This document shows positions 38,445 to 51,295 of a stretch of DNA of 64,000 nt, piece after piece. The position numbers and the translations under genes are program-made. The notes under the pieces are model-generated. The model was not told the DNA's origin. It was given only the letters and a program-made list of their open reading frames with translations, and searched no databases. Each line of letters begins with the position of its first letter. The stretch's first letter is position 1. The DNA is from Carcharhinus longimanus (lineage: Eukaryota), in NCBI GenBank assembly GCA_030264375.1, contig JASCQW010000190.1, forward strand, positions 86,921,567 through 86,985,566. Reading direction: 5' to 3'.

Positions 38445-39558
38445 GAAGGTTGAAGCACATGGAATTCAGGGCGATTTGCTGAGATGGATCGAAATTGGCT
38501 TAGTAATAGAACACAATGGGCAGTGGTAGAAGGCTGTTTAAGTGACTGGAGGCTGGTGTTCAGTGGTGTATCACAAATATCAGAACTGGGACTCTTATTG
38601 TTTGTTATGTACACAGAAGATATAGATGATAATGTGGGAGAATGAGAAGTAAGTTTGGAGGTGATGCCAAGATTAGTAGGATGGTTAATAGTGAAGAAGG
38701 CCATAGGTTACAGAAAGATATAAATGGATTGATTAGATGGGTAGAACAGTGGCAGATTGTATTTAACCCTGATAAGTGCGAGATGATGCACTTTGGAAGA
38801 AGTAACAAGACAAGGGAATATTTAATGAATGGCAGGACTTTGGGAAGCTCAGAGGAACAGATGGATCTTGGATTACTTATTCACAGATGCCTGAAGACGA
38901 CAGAGCAGTTTTTTTTGATTTGATTTGATTTATTATTGTCACATGTATGAAAAGAGTAGTTAAGTTACATATGTGACACTTATTTTTGCCAGTTGTGGCA
39001 TAGTATACATGAGCAAAGAGCTAATGTTGGAGATGTGCAGAGCATTGGTTAGGGCACAGCTGGAGTATTGTGTGCAAGAAGGATGCAATAGCAATAGAAG
39101 GGGTACAGATGAGATTCACCAAGTTGTTGCCTGGGATGGAGCATTTGAGGTACAAGGAGAGAGACTAGATGGGCTTGGATTGTTTTCTTCAGAGCAGAGA
39201 AGGTGGAGGACGTGGTTGATGTGTATGGATTATGAGGTGTATGGACAAGGAGGATAAGAAGAAGCTGTTCCTCTTGGTTGAGGGGTCAATCACGAGGGGG
39301 CATAGTTATAAGGTGTGGGGCATGAGATTCATTGGAGAGCTGAGAAAAAAGATTTTATCCCCAGAGTATGATGAGAATCTGAAATGCTTTCCTGGAAAGG
39401 TGGAAACCTTATAACCTTTAAAGAGTATTTGGATGAGCACTTGAAATATCATAACATTCAAGGATATTGGACAAGTGCTGGAAAACGATATTAGCATGAC
39501 TTTAATGATAGCTATTTTTAGTGCAGACTTGATGGACTGACGGGCCTTTTGTGCACTT
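38445..39558 (+). mobile_element. CR1 LINE RT to 3' end, degenerate
   Basis: SKFGGDAKI..LQKDINGLIRWVEQWQIVFNPDKCEMMHFG..ALVRAQLEYCVQ..TRGHSYK. Confidence 0.88.
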
Positions 39559-39921
39559 TTCTGGGCAGTGATCTGCCAGAGTGGCGATCAGGGTAGGGAT
39601 GTGGGTATTGTCCAGGGTGGTGATTAGGGGTGGGGCGTTGTCTGAGGTAGTGGCCACAGTGGGAGGTGATAGACCTCTCAGTGCACTGGGAATCCAATCC
39701 TTGATCTCTCTCCAATTTTTGCTCCCACCTGCCACAAAACCCACTGCAGACTGGAGGGGAAAATACCACCCATAGCGATTCTGTTTTCAATGTGTAACAA
39801 TTATCAGTGTCTCCATTTCAGTAGGACAACAACAAAGGTTGGCTTTTTAGAGACAAGATCTAACTTCTGCAGTCAAGGGACGTTCCTTACAGGCACTTTA
39901 GCAATCAAGGGGTAGAATCGA

Positions 39922-40226
39922 TAGAACCATAGAACCCCTGCAATGTAGTAAGAGGCCATTCAATCCATCAAGTCTGCATCATCTTCTGAAAGCACATCCC
40001 ATCCAAGCTGTCCCCTTTGCTTTATGCCCATAACCCCACATTTATCGTGGTTAATCCATCTAACCTTCACATTTTTGGAATGTGGGAGTAAACCGGAGCA
40101 TTCAGAGAAAACGCAGGCAGACTTGGGGATAATGTGCAAACTTAACAGATGGTTAGCCAAGACTGTAATTGAACCTGGATCCCTGGCACCATGAGGCAGC
40201 AGTGCTAACCACTATGCCACCATGCC
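39922..40226 (-). mobile_element. HE1-like SINE
   Basis: Reverse-complement head, core and tail. Confidence 0.8.
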
Positions 40227-40285
40227 ATGGATGCCTAGATTGTTCCAAAACTAGCATCTCTATCTGTGGGAAAAGTGCTCAACTC

Positions 40286-40832
40286 GATTTGTTTTATTAT
40301 TGTCACATATATTGGGATAGGGTGAACAGTATTATTCCTTGCATGCTATACAGACAAAACATAGAGTACATCTAGGTAGCAGAGAAAGATCAACTTATTA
40401 TAAGGTAGGTCCATTCAAAAGCCTGATGGCAGCAGGGAAGAAGCTATTCTTGAGGGAGTTGATAGGTGATTTCAGACCTTTTCTATCTTTTTCCCGATGG
40501 AAGATGGAAGAGAGTATATCCAGGGTGTGCAGGATCCTTGATTATGCTGGTTGCTTTTCTGAGGCGGCGGGAAGTGTAGATGGAGTCAATGAATGGGAAG
40601 TAGGTTTTCATGATGGATTGGGCTTCGTTCACAACCCTCTGAAGTTTCTAGTGATCTTGGTCAGAACAGAAGCCATACCAAGCTGTGATACATCCGGAAA
40701 GGATGCTTTCTGTGGTGCATCTGTAAAAAGTGGTGAGTCGTAGCAGACATGCCGATTTTCCTTAGCTTCCTGGGAAAGTAGAGGTGTTGATGGGCTTTCT
40801 TAACTATAGCGTCAGCTGAGAGAGACCAGGAC
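40286..40832 (-). mobile_element. Rex1/Babar-like LINE 3' end
   Basis: Reverse complement of sequence homologous to about 29520-30070. Confidence 0.8.
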
Positions 40833-40953
40833 AATTCCAATCCAGTACAATGATTGTGTACGTGCCTTGAGATAAGCAGAACAAAGATCAGGTTTCTCTG
40901 CTTGGTAAACTCTACAGAAAAATGTGCAAATTAAGCAACACAATTCCTTTTAC

Positions 40954-41193
40954 CTTCCTGTGATACCACTAACATCCACCGCATTTTATGGCCAGATAAA
41001 AAGGATCTTGATGTGATACATTGACCTCTCTCAATGTATTTTGCACTTGTGCTTTTAACAGAGGGTCATTTGAAACCCCAAATAGAATCATTTTTCTTTG
41101 TTGTATCTCTTCCGCTAGAACCTCAAACTGTTCAAAGGGGAATATCATTGCTTGTCACTTTCTGTCACTGCACACTTTTCCTTTTATAACAAG
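40954..41193 (-). pseudogene. Degenerate Myb/SANT-like (Harbinger ORF/NAIF1/MSANTD-type) DNA-binding exon
   Basis: Translates LVIKGKVCSDRK*QAMIFPFEQFEVLAEEIQQRKMILFGVSNDPLLKAQVQNTLREVNV and, after a frameshift, TSRSFLSGHKMRWML. This matches the pattern RKR...F...E.EVL.EE...R...LFG...VN....R.....K.RW. Flanked by TGTAG and AAG|GTAAA. Confidence 0.55.
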
Positions 41194-41734
41194 CTACAGA
41201 TCTTTAATGATAACAAAATAGTGCATGCTGGAAATGGGAAGTGAAAACAGAAAATGCTGGATAAACTCAGTGTCTGTGAAGAGAAACAGATTTCACAATT
41301 CAGGTCTAAATGATCCTTCTACAGAGCTATCTTTAAGCTCACTCCAGTCACATGTGCCACTGAACAAGTTATCTGAGAGAGATTTAATGTGGCTGTAATA
41401 TATTCACATTCGAGAAATTGTGCTCCATCGCGTGAAATGCAGGATGGCCACATTTTGAGCTGCCAGAGACTAATCAGCTGACATCTTGAGCTGGCTCACC
41501 CCCATTTTACCAACTAAGTACATTTGATTTGAATTATAAATGCATATTTTAGCAATTGTAGTCTGCAAAATTCTGGAGTAACATTTCCTCTTTAGCATGA
41601 TCCTCTATCTTGACATTTCTCCGCTTATATAAAACTCAAAATCCACATTTCCAGGAGTGTGTGTTTAGAATGTGGAGGTGTGCCCAATTTTTCTGCTCAA
41701 AGTTTTCCATTTCTGAATTTATAGAACAGAATCT

Positions 41735-42053
41735 TAGAATCCCTACAGAGCAGAAGGAGTCATTCAGCCCATCAAGCCTGCACTGACAACAATCCCACCC
41801 TGTCCCTATCCCTGCGATCCCACGTTTTTACCCTGCTAATCCTCCTGATACAAGGGGTAATTCAGCATGGCCAGTTCATCTAACTTGCACATCTTTGGAC
41901 TGTGGGAGGAAACTGGGGCATCTGGAGGAAACACATGCAGACAAAGGGAGAATGTGCAAACTCTGCACAGACAGTCACTCAAGGCTGGAATTAAACCCTG
42001 GTTGCTGGTGCTGTGAGGCAGCAGTGCTAACCATGGGGCCACCGTGCTGCCCA
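41735..42053 (-). mobile_element. HE1-like SINE
   Basis: Complete reverse copy ending ..CACCGTGCTGCCC. Confidence 0.85.
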
Positions 42054-44461
42054 ATTTTAGCACCAGCTGCATAAAGATCATCTTATTCTTCACAATTACC
42101 CATCCAAAGTGAACGCAGTACCATTGTAAATTTATGGCTAATGCTGTAGGCAGATCATAGCCACTGGGATTGATAGTTAATCACTGAGTCACAATTCTGC
42201 AAAGGCGAGATTGTAGATTAAGATGTAATACCTAGATCATAAAGGCTAGAGTCTGCTGACTGGGGCTGCCAGAGTGAGGTAAACGAGCAAGTGCAGTTGG
42301 TGTGAATTGACCAAAGATGAGTTATCACTTTTTATCAGTTTGTCCAGTAAATCTTAAAATAATGTGACTAACATAAACCTGTACACAGTGTAATCCGTGC
42401 TGAGCGTAACGGGATAAACATCTTTATAAAAGGTTGACATTTTTACATTGCACAGCCTATGTGAATATTTTGAACAGGAAGTGGTCCAGCCGTGTAGTGT
42501 TAACAAATTAATTTTCTACACTGCCCTTTGAAGCTACTTCATTGGTTGCAATGAGCTTCGGAACACCCAGAGGTTGTGAAAAACATAAATCCATGTTCTT
42601 TCTTAAAATAGATCAATTTTCAGTGCGGATAAACACGTCCTTCATGGTTATGGCACAGATTGTTCTGAGGATTGATGCCCTTGTTGTCAGGATTCTTGGA
42701 TAACATAAATGAAAGGTACAAATGTGGGATAAACCACTTATGCAATTGATTTAGCCTCACTGTATTTTCCTGAGAGCTTTGCAAAGCTCTGCCATTGCCT
42801 CGCTGGAAGCAATTTCAAATTATTCATCTATCTCCATTAAAGGCAATAATGATCCTTATTTTCTGCTCTAAGTTAATTTTCATGCTACTATTACTTAAGA
42901 CTTAAATAAAATGACACTGGTTACCTGGCAGTGGCATGATTCATGGACTTCTGCTAGGGGAAACTTTAAGGGTCTTTGTAGAGTTTGGCTACAAAAGAAC
43001 TTCTGGCTATGGATCTTAATCAGCATGTAATTGGGAAACAAGTTCAGAAATATGGATTTTTTTAAAAATCGATACAAAGCTGCAATCCAGGGAAGTCAAC
43101 TATTCGTGAGTTCTGTTCATGTCTCCAGACTTCACAAATCTAAGAGAAGTGTTGATCATGGACTAAAAATTCAGTAAGATTTGCTCGGAGCTATAGGAAA
43201 GGCAATGTGCAATTACCCTCTGCCCCATTAAGATGATGCAGACTGCACATGATCATCACTGTGGTGTGTAGCTGAGCACTAAGCACCCTTTACATGCTCA
43301 GCGGGTGCCTGAGGTACATATGTGGCCAGTCACAGCTAGCTTGCAGTTAGGGCAGCCAGTACATTGGAAGGGTAGGAGCATACAGGCTGTAGTAGCTGGT
43401 GAAAACTGTGAATGATTTTCAGAGATATGAATGGATCATGAAGCCACAGAGAGGACTCTCACATTGAAATGAGGAATGAAGTCATGTTTCCACAAGAACA
43501 TAGAACATAGAACATTACAGCGCAGAACAGGCCCTTCGGCCCACGATGTTGCGCCGACCAGTTACAAANNNNNNNNNNNNNNNNNNNNNNNNNNNNNNNN
43601 NNNNNNNNNNNNNNNNNNNNNNNNNNNNNNNNNNNNNNNNNNNNNNNNNNNNNNNNNNNNNNNNNNNNCGAACTCGGGCAGAGAGCCGTCAGAGGCTCGA
43701 CACTGAACCCTCACTGATGGAGCACCCGCATCGGACTTATGTGGAGCATGTTTGTTTTGCGTTGATTCTAGTGATAAAGGGGGGAGTGCTGATAAAATTG
43801 GGCATACAGCTCATTAAGTCAATTTAAATGCATGCATTTGGATGTGGTCCTGATTGTGGCCATTTCGGGCCTTGGTAAAGGGGGAACTGGTGCTTAGGTG
43901 GCGCAGACCATGCTACTCGCCTTATGCCTGACTTTGCCAATTTTTCGCACCAAAAACAGGTGCAATGCAATGGTAAAATCAGGCCTCATGAATCATCTTC
44001 TTCATTGAAAGGCTTCATGGATTCTAATTGACACACTATTTCTCTTGTAGGCACTAGTGATTCAAGATTGCTCTGTCTTCTCGTGCTCTTTTCAATCTGG
44101 GGACCACTGACTTGATATATCTGTTTTTTTCAAATGGCCTCCACACTTTTCAAAAATGCCAGATACTGGCTGGAATCTCTCTGATTTGAAAAAAAAATGC
44201 CTTTTAAAACCATATGGAACTTTATTTCTTTCTTGAGTTTTTCAGTAGTTCAGTCTCTAATTCTGTTGTTGTTTCTCTCCAACCTTCTAATAGTCCAAGT
44301 GTGAGGACTCAATATCTTTAGGTTGTACGTAGGACCTTTATCTTGATGTTCTTAATGAAACAGCATCCTGTCCTTGTTGCCAATTTTCTTTCTATAATGC
44401 CCCAATTATGTCAGGGGTTGTGGGCTTTAACAAAAAGAAAAGGACATGGTTTGCACGTGTA

Positions 44462-45485
44462 GGGCCCGATTCTCCCATTGCGACCCACAACCTTTCGGGA
44501 GGGTGGCGTCGGGGAATGCGCGTGTCGGCCATTTTGCAGGCTCCTCACAAGCTTTTAGGCGTGCATCTCCCAAATGGAGGAAAATGGCACTGCCGGCAAC
44601 GTGCAGAAATCCAATAGGAAGTGAGGTAAGTCATTTGAACGTGTTTTACGTGTATTTTAAATGCAGTAATCAGGCCCAGCATGGAATTTGCCGGGCACAA
44701 TAGCATCTCTCACCCCACCAGGTGTACTTTTTCCAGCAGGGTTTGGAGTAGCTCCTCACGTTTGAGGAACTAGCAGGAGATCCCACTGCAGTGAAGGGCG
44801 GGCTATTGGGGCCCCCCAGGGGGTCAGGTGGCAGGAAGATGCCCATGGTAATGCCAGCCTGTGCCCCTGGAACTGCCCTAGGGGCAAAGTGCCCAAGCCT
44901 GGGGGCAACTTGGCATGGCCTATCAGGCAGTGCCAAGGAGGTGGGACCTGTTGTGGGTGGGGCATAAGGCGATTGGGGGGGTTGCGCTGCCGCTCTGCAT
45001 AAGGATCGGATTAAGAGGGAGGGAGGCCAGTGATTGAGGCAGGTGGGGGGGGTGCCTGCCTCCTAGGGGGGCATTCTGCCCCTAGAGGGTAGGGTTTACT
45101 GGGATGAAGGGGGTTGGGGAATCGTCACTGCTGGGGGTGTGGGCTGGACATCGGGGCACTTCAGGGCGGGGGTTTCCGGATTGGCCCGGAAATTGTGGGG
45201 ACCGCAGTCGGGTGGAGGGGCTGCATAGCGGGGTGGGGGGGTTCCTGGGCTGGCAGGCAAATGGGAGTCTGACAGATCGGGGCAACTGCATGTGTGCAGA
45301 GTTCCAAAGCTGTCAATCTCTGGCACAAATAGGCCCTGCCCACCCCACTTCTTTAATGATATTCACGATTGTGACCTCTGCATTGTCCAGAGTGAGGAGA
45401 TTTGAGTGTGAAGCTGTACTGAAAAAACTGTCATGATCTAGACCCGTTTTCCTACCATTTCAGCACTTTTGGGAGAATCGCCCCC
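44462..45485. mobile_element. About 1-kb GC-rich non-autonomous DNA transposon (PIF/Harbinger-like)
   Basis: TIRs GGGCCCGATTCTCCCA and TGGGAGAATCGCCCCC. The 3-bp flanks GTA and ATA are compatible with a mutated 3-bp TSD. No coding capacity recognised. Confidence 0.75.
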
Positions 45486-45629
45486 ATAGACTCAAACTAA
45501 CAACAAGGAGGTTTTTGAAAGAGATGTTCTCTGCAATGTACAGAGTATGAACTGCAAGTGAAAGTACAGCTTCTGTATACATCCTAATTACATCATCGAA
45601 TCATGTGATCAGCTCTAGCATGCAATTCT

Positions 45630-45866
45630 TTAACACATAAGAACNNNNNNNNNNNNNNNNNNNNNNNNNNNNNNNNNNNNNNNNNNNNNNNNNNNNNNNN
45701 NNNNNNNNNNNNNNNNNNNNNNNNNNNNNNNNNNNNNNNNNNNNATCCTGAATCAGCAGAGCTACACCCCCCCCAGTTCCCTCCTGCCTATCCTTCCTAA
45801 ACCCTTGATATCCCTGGACAGTCAGCTCCCAGTCCCTGTCACCTTGCAGCCACGTCTCTGTAATAA
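45630..45866 (-). mobile_element. Near full-length young CR1 LINE collapsed into a gap (APE endonuclease start and 3' tail visible)
   Basis: VITETWLQGDRDWELTVQGYQGFRKDRQEGTGGGVALLI (APE domain) lies right of the gap and an ACATAAGAAC tail lies left of it. Confidence 0.8.
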
Positions 45867-46967
45867 CTCTTGCTGTTTGCTGCATACTGACAGGTTTAGG
45901 CTGGGTACCTCCCTTTCAGCAAAATGCCAGCAAACCATCCCTTTACTCTACACCATGTCTCCACACCTTACCCCAGCCAGTTTTCTGGGATCATGTTATT
46001 TTCTATATTTTACATGTGCTCCTCTGAGAGTAGACAGATACATGCTGCATTGCCTTGTATCAACTAACCTCCAGGCCTAGCTGAATATATATAAATAACC
46101 TTTTCAGCAATTGTGATAAAATCACAATTGTGCATGTATGTAAAAATGTTCTTGCAGCTGCAGTGCAGGTTTTGTTTTAAGATTTGAGGGAAACATGATG
46201 GGAATGATACACCTCAACTGATGTTGGCTCGACTGAACTGATGTTGCCTCGACTGACGTCCAAAAATGCAGTTAGATTATAGATATTTCCTTTCCACTTG
46301 CGGGATGTGTTTGGAAAAGGTATTTTGAGCTGTATATTACTAGTATGCATTAATTTCAGGTATATTACTGATGATTGTAGTCAGGTGAGCAGTTAAAAAT
46401 AACACATGAGACAAATTGCATCATGTTATGCCTATTGTCTAAAATTTTCTAAAAGTTGTTTGTATCAAATGCTAAACAAGTTCAGTAACAATTTTCCAAG
46501 TTTTTTTTTAAGATTTCAAGGCATAGATTAAGATCCCGCCTCAAATGCAAACTTTAATAACCATACTTGTTAAAGAAGAATGGGCTGAAGGTTACCAGTT
46601 TTGACCAGCTCCAAACAGCATCAAGTCAGGGCAACTGAGTTGAGCCTGAGTAAAAGAGAGTTATTTTGTAATAGGTACAATTCCAGAAGTGTGTTGCAGT
46701 TATGCTGGTAAAATCAGCATGTTGCAGTTTTCCTTCCTGTTCTGTAATCTGACTTTGTGTGTAATTTTGAATATACAAGTTTGCCTTGCATTTTTTCCTG
46801 TCACATCATGTGATGTTACCATCACAATGAGGATTAGAATCAGAAGAGAAAAGAGTGCAATTACTATTAACTTTAAAAAAAATGTTTTTATTAAAAATAC
46901 TAAGTCCTGAGTGAAAAACTGCTGAACTGTATAGAGAAATACATTATTGTGGTGCAATTATTGATAA

Positions 46968-47385
46968 CACATGGAGTTGGTGGTAAGGTGTTAGCGTGGA
47001 TAGAGGATTGGTTGTCTAATAGGAAGCAGAGAGTTGGTATCAATGGGCGCTATTCTGATTGGCAGTTGGTGACTAGTGGAGTGCCCCAGGGATCGGTGCT
47101 GGGGCCTCAGCTATTTACCATTTATATAGATGANNNNNNNNNNNNNNNNNNNNNNNNNNNNNNNNNNNNNNNNNNNNNNNNNNNNNNNNNNNNNNNNNNN
47201 NNNNNNNNNNNNNNNNNNNNNNNNNNNNNNNNNTAGGTTTTTGGTAGGCAAGGGAATTAAGGGTTATGGGGAGAAAGTGGGAAAGTGGAACTTAGCCACT
47301 TCAGATCAGCCATGATCTTATTGAATGGTGGGGCACGCTCAAAGGGCTGGATGGCCTACTCCTGCTCCTATTTCTTATGTTCTTA
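46968..47385 (+). mobile_element. Young CR1 LINE (RT fragment, gap, 3' tail)
   Basis: [47 protein letters not shown]. Confidence 0.9.
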
Positions 47386-48179
47386 CATCTGAGGAATATT
47401 CAACTTAAAATCTTGAAAATCACCATTCCAGTTTACAAATTAAGTATTGTTTTAAAAAAATACATTCTGCATATGTAACAAATCCAAATTGCCTTCTTGA
47501 ATTTTAGTTTTAATGGGGATTATGTAAATTGCTGTGATTTAAAGCAGTTTACTGGCCAGCCTCTTACAGATATCGTGAAATTATGATGGATAATTTCGAT
47601 TCCCATCTTGGGACAGGTTCTAAACAAAGGACAAATTAGGGGTGAAAACATCGCTAATGAAAATTACTGAAAATTGTCAACATTAATAAAATGCTTTAAA
47701 CTAGAAATTCACTTTCTTTGATGTTTTAAGGCATTTAATAGCAAGAATTTCTGGTTAGCCTTCAAACTATCTATACAATTCATGAGTGGTTTTGAAGATG
47801 TCAATATCCTGGATCCTGGAACAGATGTAGATAGCATAATCAAGTGGGGTCTATACTGATGAATAATCTAAGAGCATATCATTCCCGCAAGAGCTGAAAA
47901 ATGGGGAAGCCAATTCAACATACTGTATGCTCCACTGAAATTAAGTCAGATTTACACCACATTCTGGATCAGCCAAGTAATGAACAATATCCATTGATAT
48001 TTTCAACATTGCTACTTGCAACTTTGGGTGACGCCTACTTATGTAGTATTCCACTTCCACTCTATATAAAAGCACTGAGCATGGAATGGAGCAGCATTTA
48101 TTTTTACCCAATGCACATTCATATTGTCAGCCTACAGCCTAGTTTAGTCTAGCCTTGAAAATAGCCCATTGGATATTTT

Positions 48180-49085
48180 GGTAATTTTCTACTTACGTTG
48201 TCAGAGGACCTCTTTGAGATCACTTTGGCCATGAGGCTCACCTGTGGGTCTTGATTCCATTCCCACTAAAGAGATGACCAGCCAGATTTTCTCTATGGAT
48301 ATCACGCTTACAAGTATTATAAATTGCTCTGTCTGCTCAGGTACTATCCTTTTTCCTTTCAAATCTTCCTCTATGTCCGCTTTCTCAAAGAAACCCCACT
48401 CTTGATCTTCTGTCCTTGCAAGCTTATTGCCTCCCTCCAACATTCCTTTGCTCTTTAATATGTTGGGCAGAATTTTCTAATCCCAGCCGCCACGACAACT
48501 GTAGCGGGTGGGGCATGGACCATTCAAAAGTCTTTTGAAGATTTGGGCAGGATTTTCCAAACTTAGGGCGAGCACGGCCAGAAAATCCCATTGTCTCTCA
48601 AATTCATTCCCATTTTTACTGGACCTCCATGTTTTACCCTCTCCCATTAAATTTTGCCCCTGCCACAGCACTGAAATGGCTCTATTCAAAGTCACAATTT
48701 AGATCCTCTGTAACTGACTGTAGTGCTCTGGCCTTCTTGATCTGTTCGCAACTTTTGATGGTTAACCACACCATTCTCTTCCTTGTTTCTCCCCTGATGT
48801 CTAGCTCAGTGGCACTGCTTTTACCCAGACGGAATTGGTCAAAGTGAATCTCCTGTTATGATTCCTTTTCCAACCCCCTCTGCCATCTCTGGAGTCTCCT
48901 ATATCCATTTATTTGGCTTCCATCTATTTCCAATCTGTATGCTATCCCTCACCAACATCAACTTACCACAGAATGTCAGATTCAACATTGACAATGTCCA
49001 GCTTCACCAGTTTACCATCTCTCTCACTTCCTCCGTTGCTTCATTGTCAGATTGCTTGTTCAACATCCAGCTCGAGTTGAGCTGA
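48180..49085 (+). mobile_element. Ancient L2-like LINE remnant with nested MITE
   Basis: FCPCHSTEMALFKVTI (cf. L2 FR..HSTETAL.KV.ND) in pyrimidine-rich degenerate RT sequence. Confidence 0.55.
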
Positions 49086-49244
49086 CAATGAACCACTTGG
49101 ATTCGTCAAACAACTTATCAGTTTTCATTGGAACAGTGTTGCTGTGTAATGCCAGAAATTCTCAAATTTATTGAGTTCAACTTAATTTGTTATAGTGAGG
49201 TTTGAACTTGCAACCTCTAGGTTGTTTGTATAGCATCATTGCGG

Positions 49245-49880
49245 CAGCGTCAGCTGTAGTGTGGTTGTTTGCTTTCTTGATTCTGAGTCAAGAAAGCTCA
49301 AATCTCAATGTCCAGACTTGATCACAGCTTTCGGCTGACACTCCAGTGTAGCACTGAGGTGGCGCTATACTGTTGGAGGTGTTTACGTTTGGATGAAATG
49401 TTAAACTTGGGTCCCCAACAGCCCTGTCATTTGGACATAAAATATCCCATTTTGCAGAAGAGCAGGGAAGATATTCTTGGCAGTGGGGTTTTATGGCTCT
49501 GCTTGTCTCGAAACTGTAAAACCCTGCCCAAGGCCAATAGACCTTTCCATGGTCTACTCCTTGCCCATTTCAGTTCCCATGGCAGATGGGGCACTAGGAT
49601 TCTGGCTTTGAAGTTCTAACCAATATTTATTGATGAATCAATAGTATTGTTATGTTTGCATAACACTATGGTAAAACATTCCAAATTACTTCGTAATGGG
49701 CTTTTAAAGCAAAATTTGAAACTGAGCTATAAAGGTGATATTGAGGCTATAACAAAAAATATTATCATGTTGCTTTTCTGGAATTTGCTGTGTGCAAATT
49801 GTCTGTCATGTTTTCTACATTATAACAGTGGCTACACTTCAAGAAATACTTAATTTGTTGTAAAACACTTTGGGACATCT
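49245..49880 (+). mobile_element. Deu-domain SINE (SacSINE1/AmnSINE-like), interrupted by a MITE
   Basis: GCTGACACTCCAGTGTAGCACTGAGG..CTGTTGGAGGTG..GGATGAAATGTTAAAC resembles the Deu central domain. The 3' part reads GCTGTGTGCAAATTG..TACATTATAACAGTG..AAAACACTTTGGGAC. Confidence 0.6.
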
Positions 49881-51295
49881 TTTAGTGTTCAACCAAATAA
49901 ACAAAATCAAAATAACTTAGGGACAACTACCACCCAAAACAAAAGACAAATCAGAAAAGAAACTTAAAACATCAAATTAAAATGTGATTAAAGGGGTTAA
50001 TAATACATCCCAATCCCTGCAGTGCCCAGCGGGCACGGAAGGCATCAACTGTGACCTCGGACGGCACATGCTGTCTTTCCAGGGACACCTGGCCACAAAT
50101 AAAACACTTTGGGACATGCTAAGGCTGTGAAAGGCATTGTAATCAATGTAGATCAATCTTTTCAATGCTACCACCCTCAATAATAACAAAACATCCAGTA
50201 CCTTTCACACATTTGTGCACTGGGTCTTTGAAATTAATAAAGCTGTGACTTTGATAGGCTTCATATGCTAAGTCAATTAGGTAGTTAAACAATACTCTGG
50301 AAGCCTGAAAAGGACAGAAAGGAGTTTTGTGATGCACTTGACATGAGGTTACATAGATTGAAAATGAATGAGTGTAATTCACGTTTTCAAAAAGACCTAA
50401 AGGCTCAATAGGCTACTCTCAAAAATCAAAGGAAAACAATAGCATCAATCAGCAGAAACAAAACACGAATGTGAAATTAACATGATAAGTAAGCAGCAGC
50501 TAGCATAGCATTAGAATGGTTAGATTTTGTCTCTTTACCTTCAGAGATCATTTTAAATATTTCAAATTGATAGAGGAAAAAAACACATGTTTAAGCTCAA
50601 ATAACTTTATTGATGCAAATGCATGGGAGACTTTACAGACCAAAATCAGTGGCTGTCTTGATTGTGAATCAATAAAAAGTCAAAGGGCAGGAAGAAGTGG
50701 GTAGTCATAAAAGCAATTAAATTGTTTTGGGGAGCAGTACTGATTGGGGTGTCTTGAGTATCTTGTTCCCTGAATATATGAAATTCCTTAAATTGAAAAG
50801 TTAAAACAAAGTAACTAAATTAGCAGATTTTATTAACTGGATTTGTGAACTCCCCATACATGGTGTTAGGTAGCAATAAAAACAAACAAGCTGCTCAGTG
50901 ATACTGCCTAATCAATTGAAACTGTGACCTGGAAGTTCATACTGAAACCATACCAAATTGTGGTTAAATCATGTTTGGTGTTATGCATTCATATCTGATT
51001 ACTGTGATTTACGGAAACCATTAAGAGATAATGTGATGGTGAGCAAAAAGGCTGATTTTCTGCTGTGTGGAAAGAACAGATGATTAATCTGCACTTGAAG
51101 GAAATTTCAGGAGAGATTTGGGCGATGCTGGCAGGTGTTGTAAGTGGACACTAAAGAGGTACCAGTAGCTTGGAAATAGACCAAAATGGTCTCTGTATTC
51201 CAATAGTGTGATAAATTGAACAAGCCTACAATATAGTGGAATCCAATATGGGAGTGTAAAGTAGTTTTAAGGGATTTATGTTGGTAAAGATTAGA

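Noticed and set aside
44408-45436. Several ORFs inside the 1-kb TIR element
   Set aside because: No transposase or Myb motifs; these are GC-rich chance ORFs.
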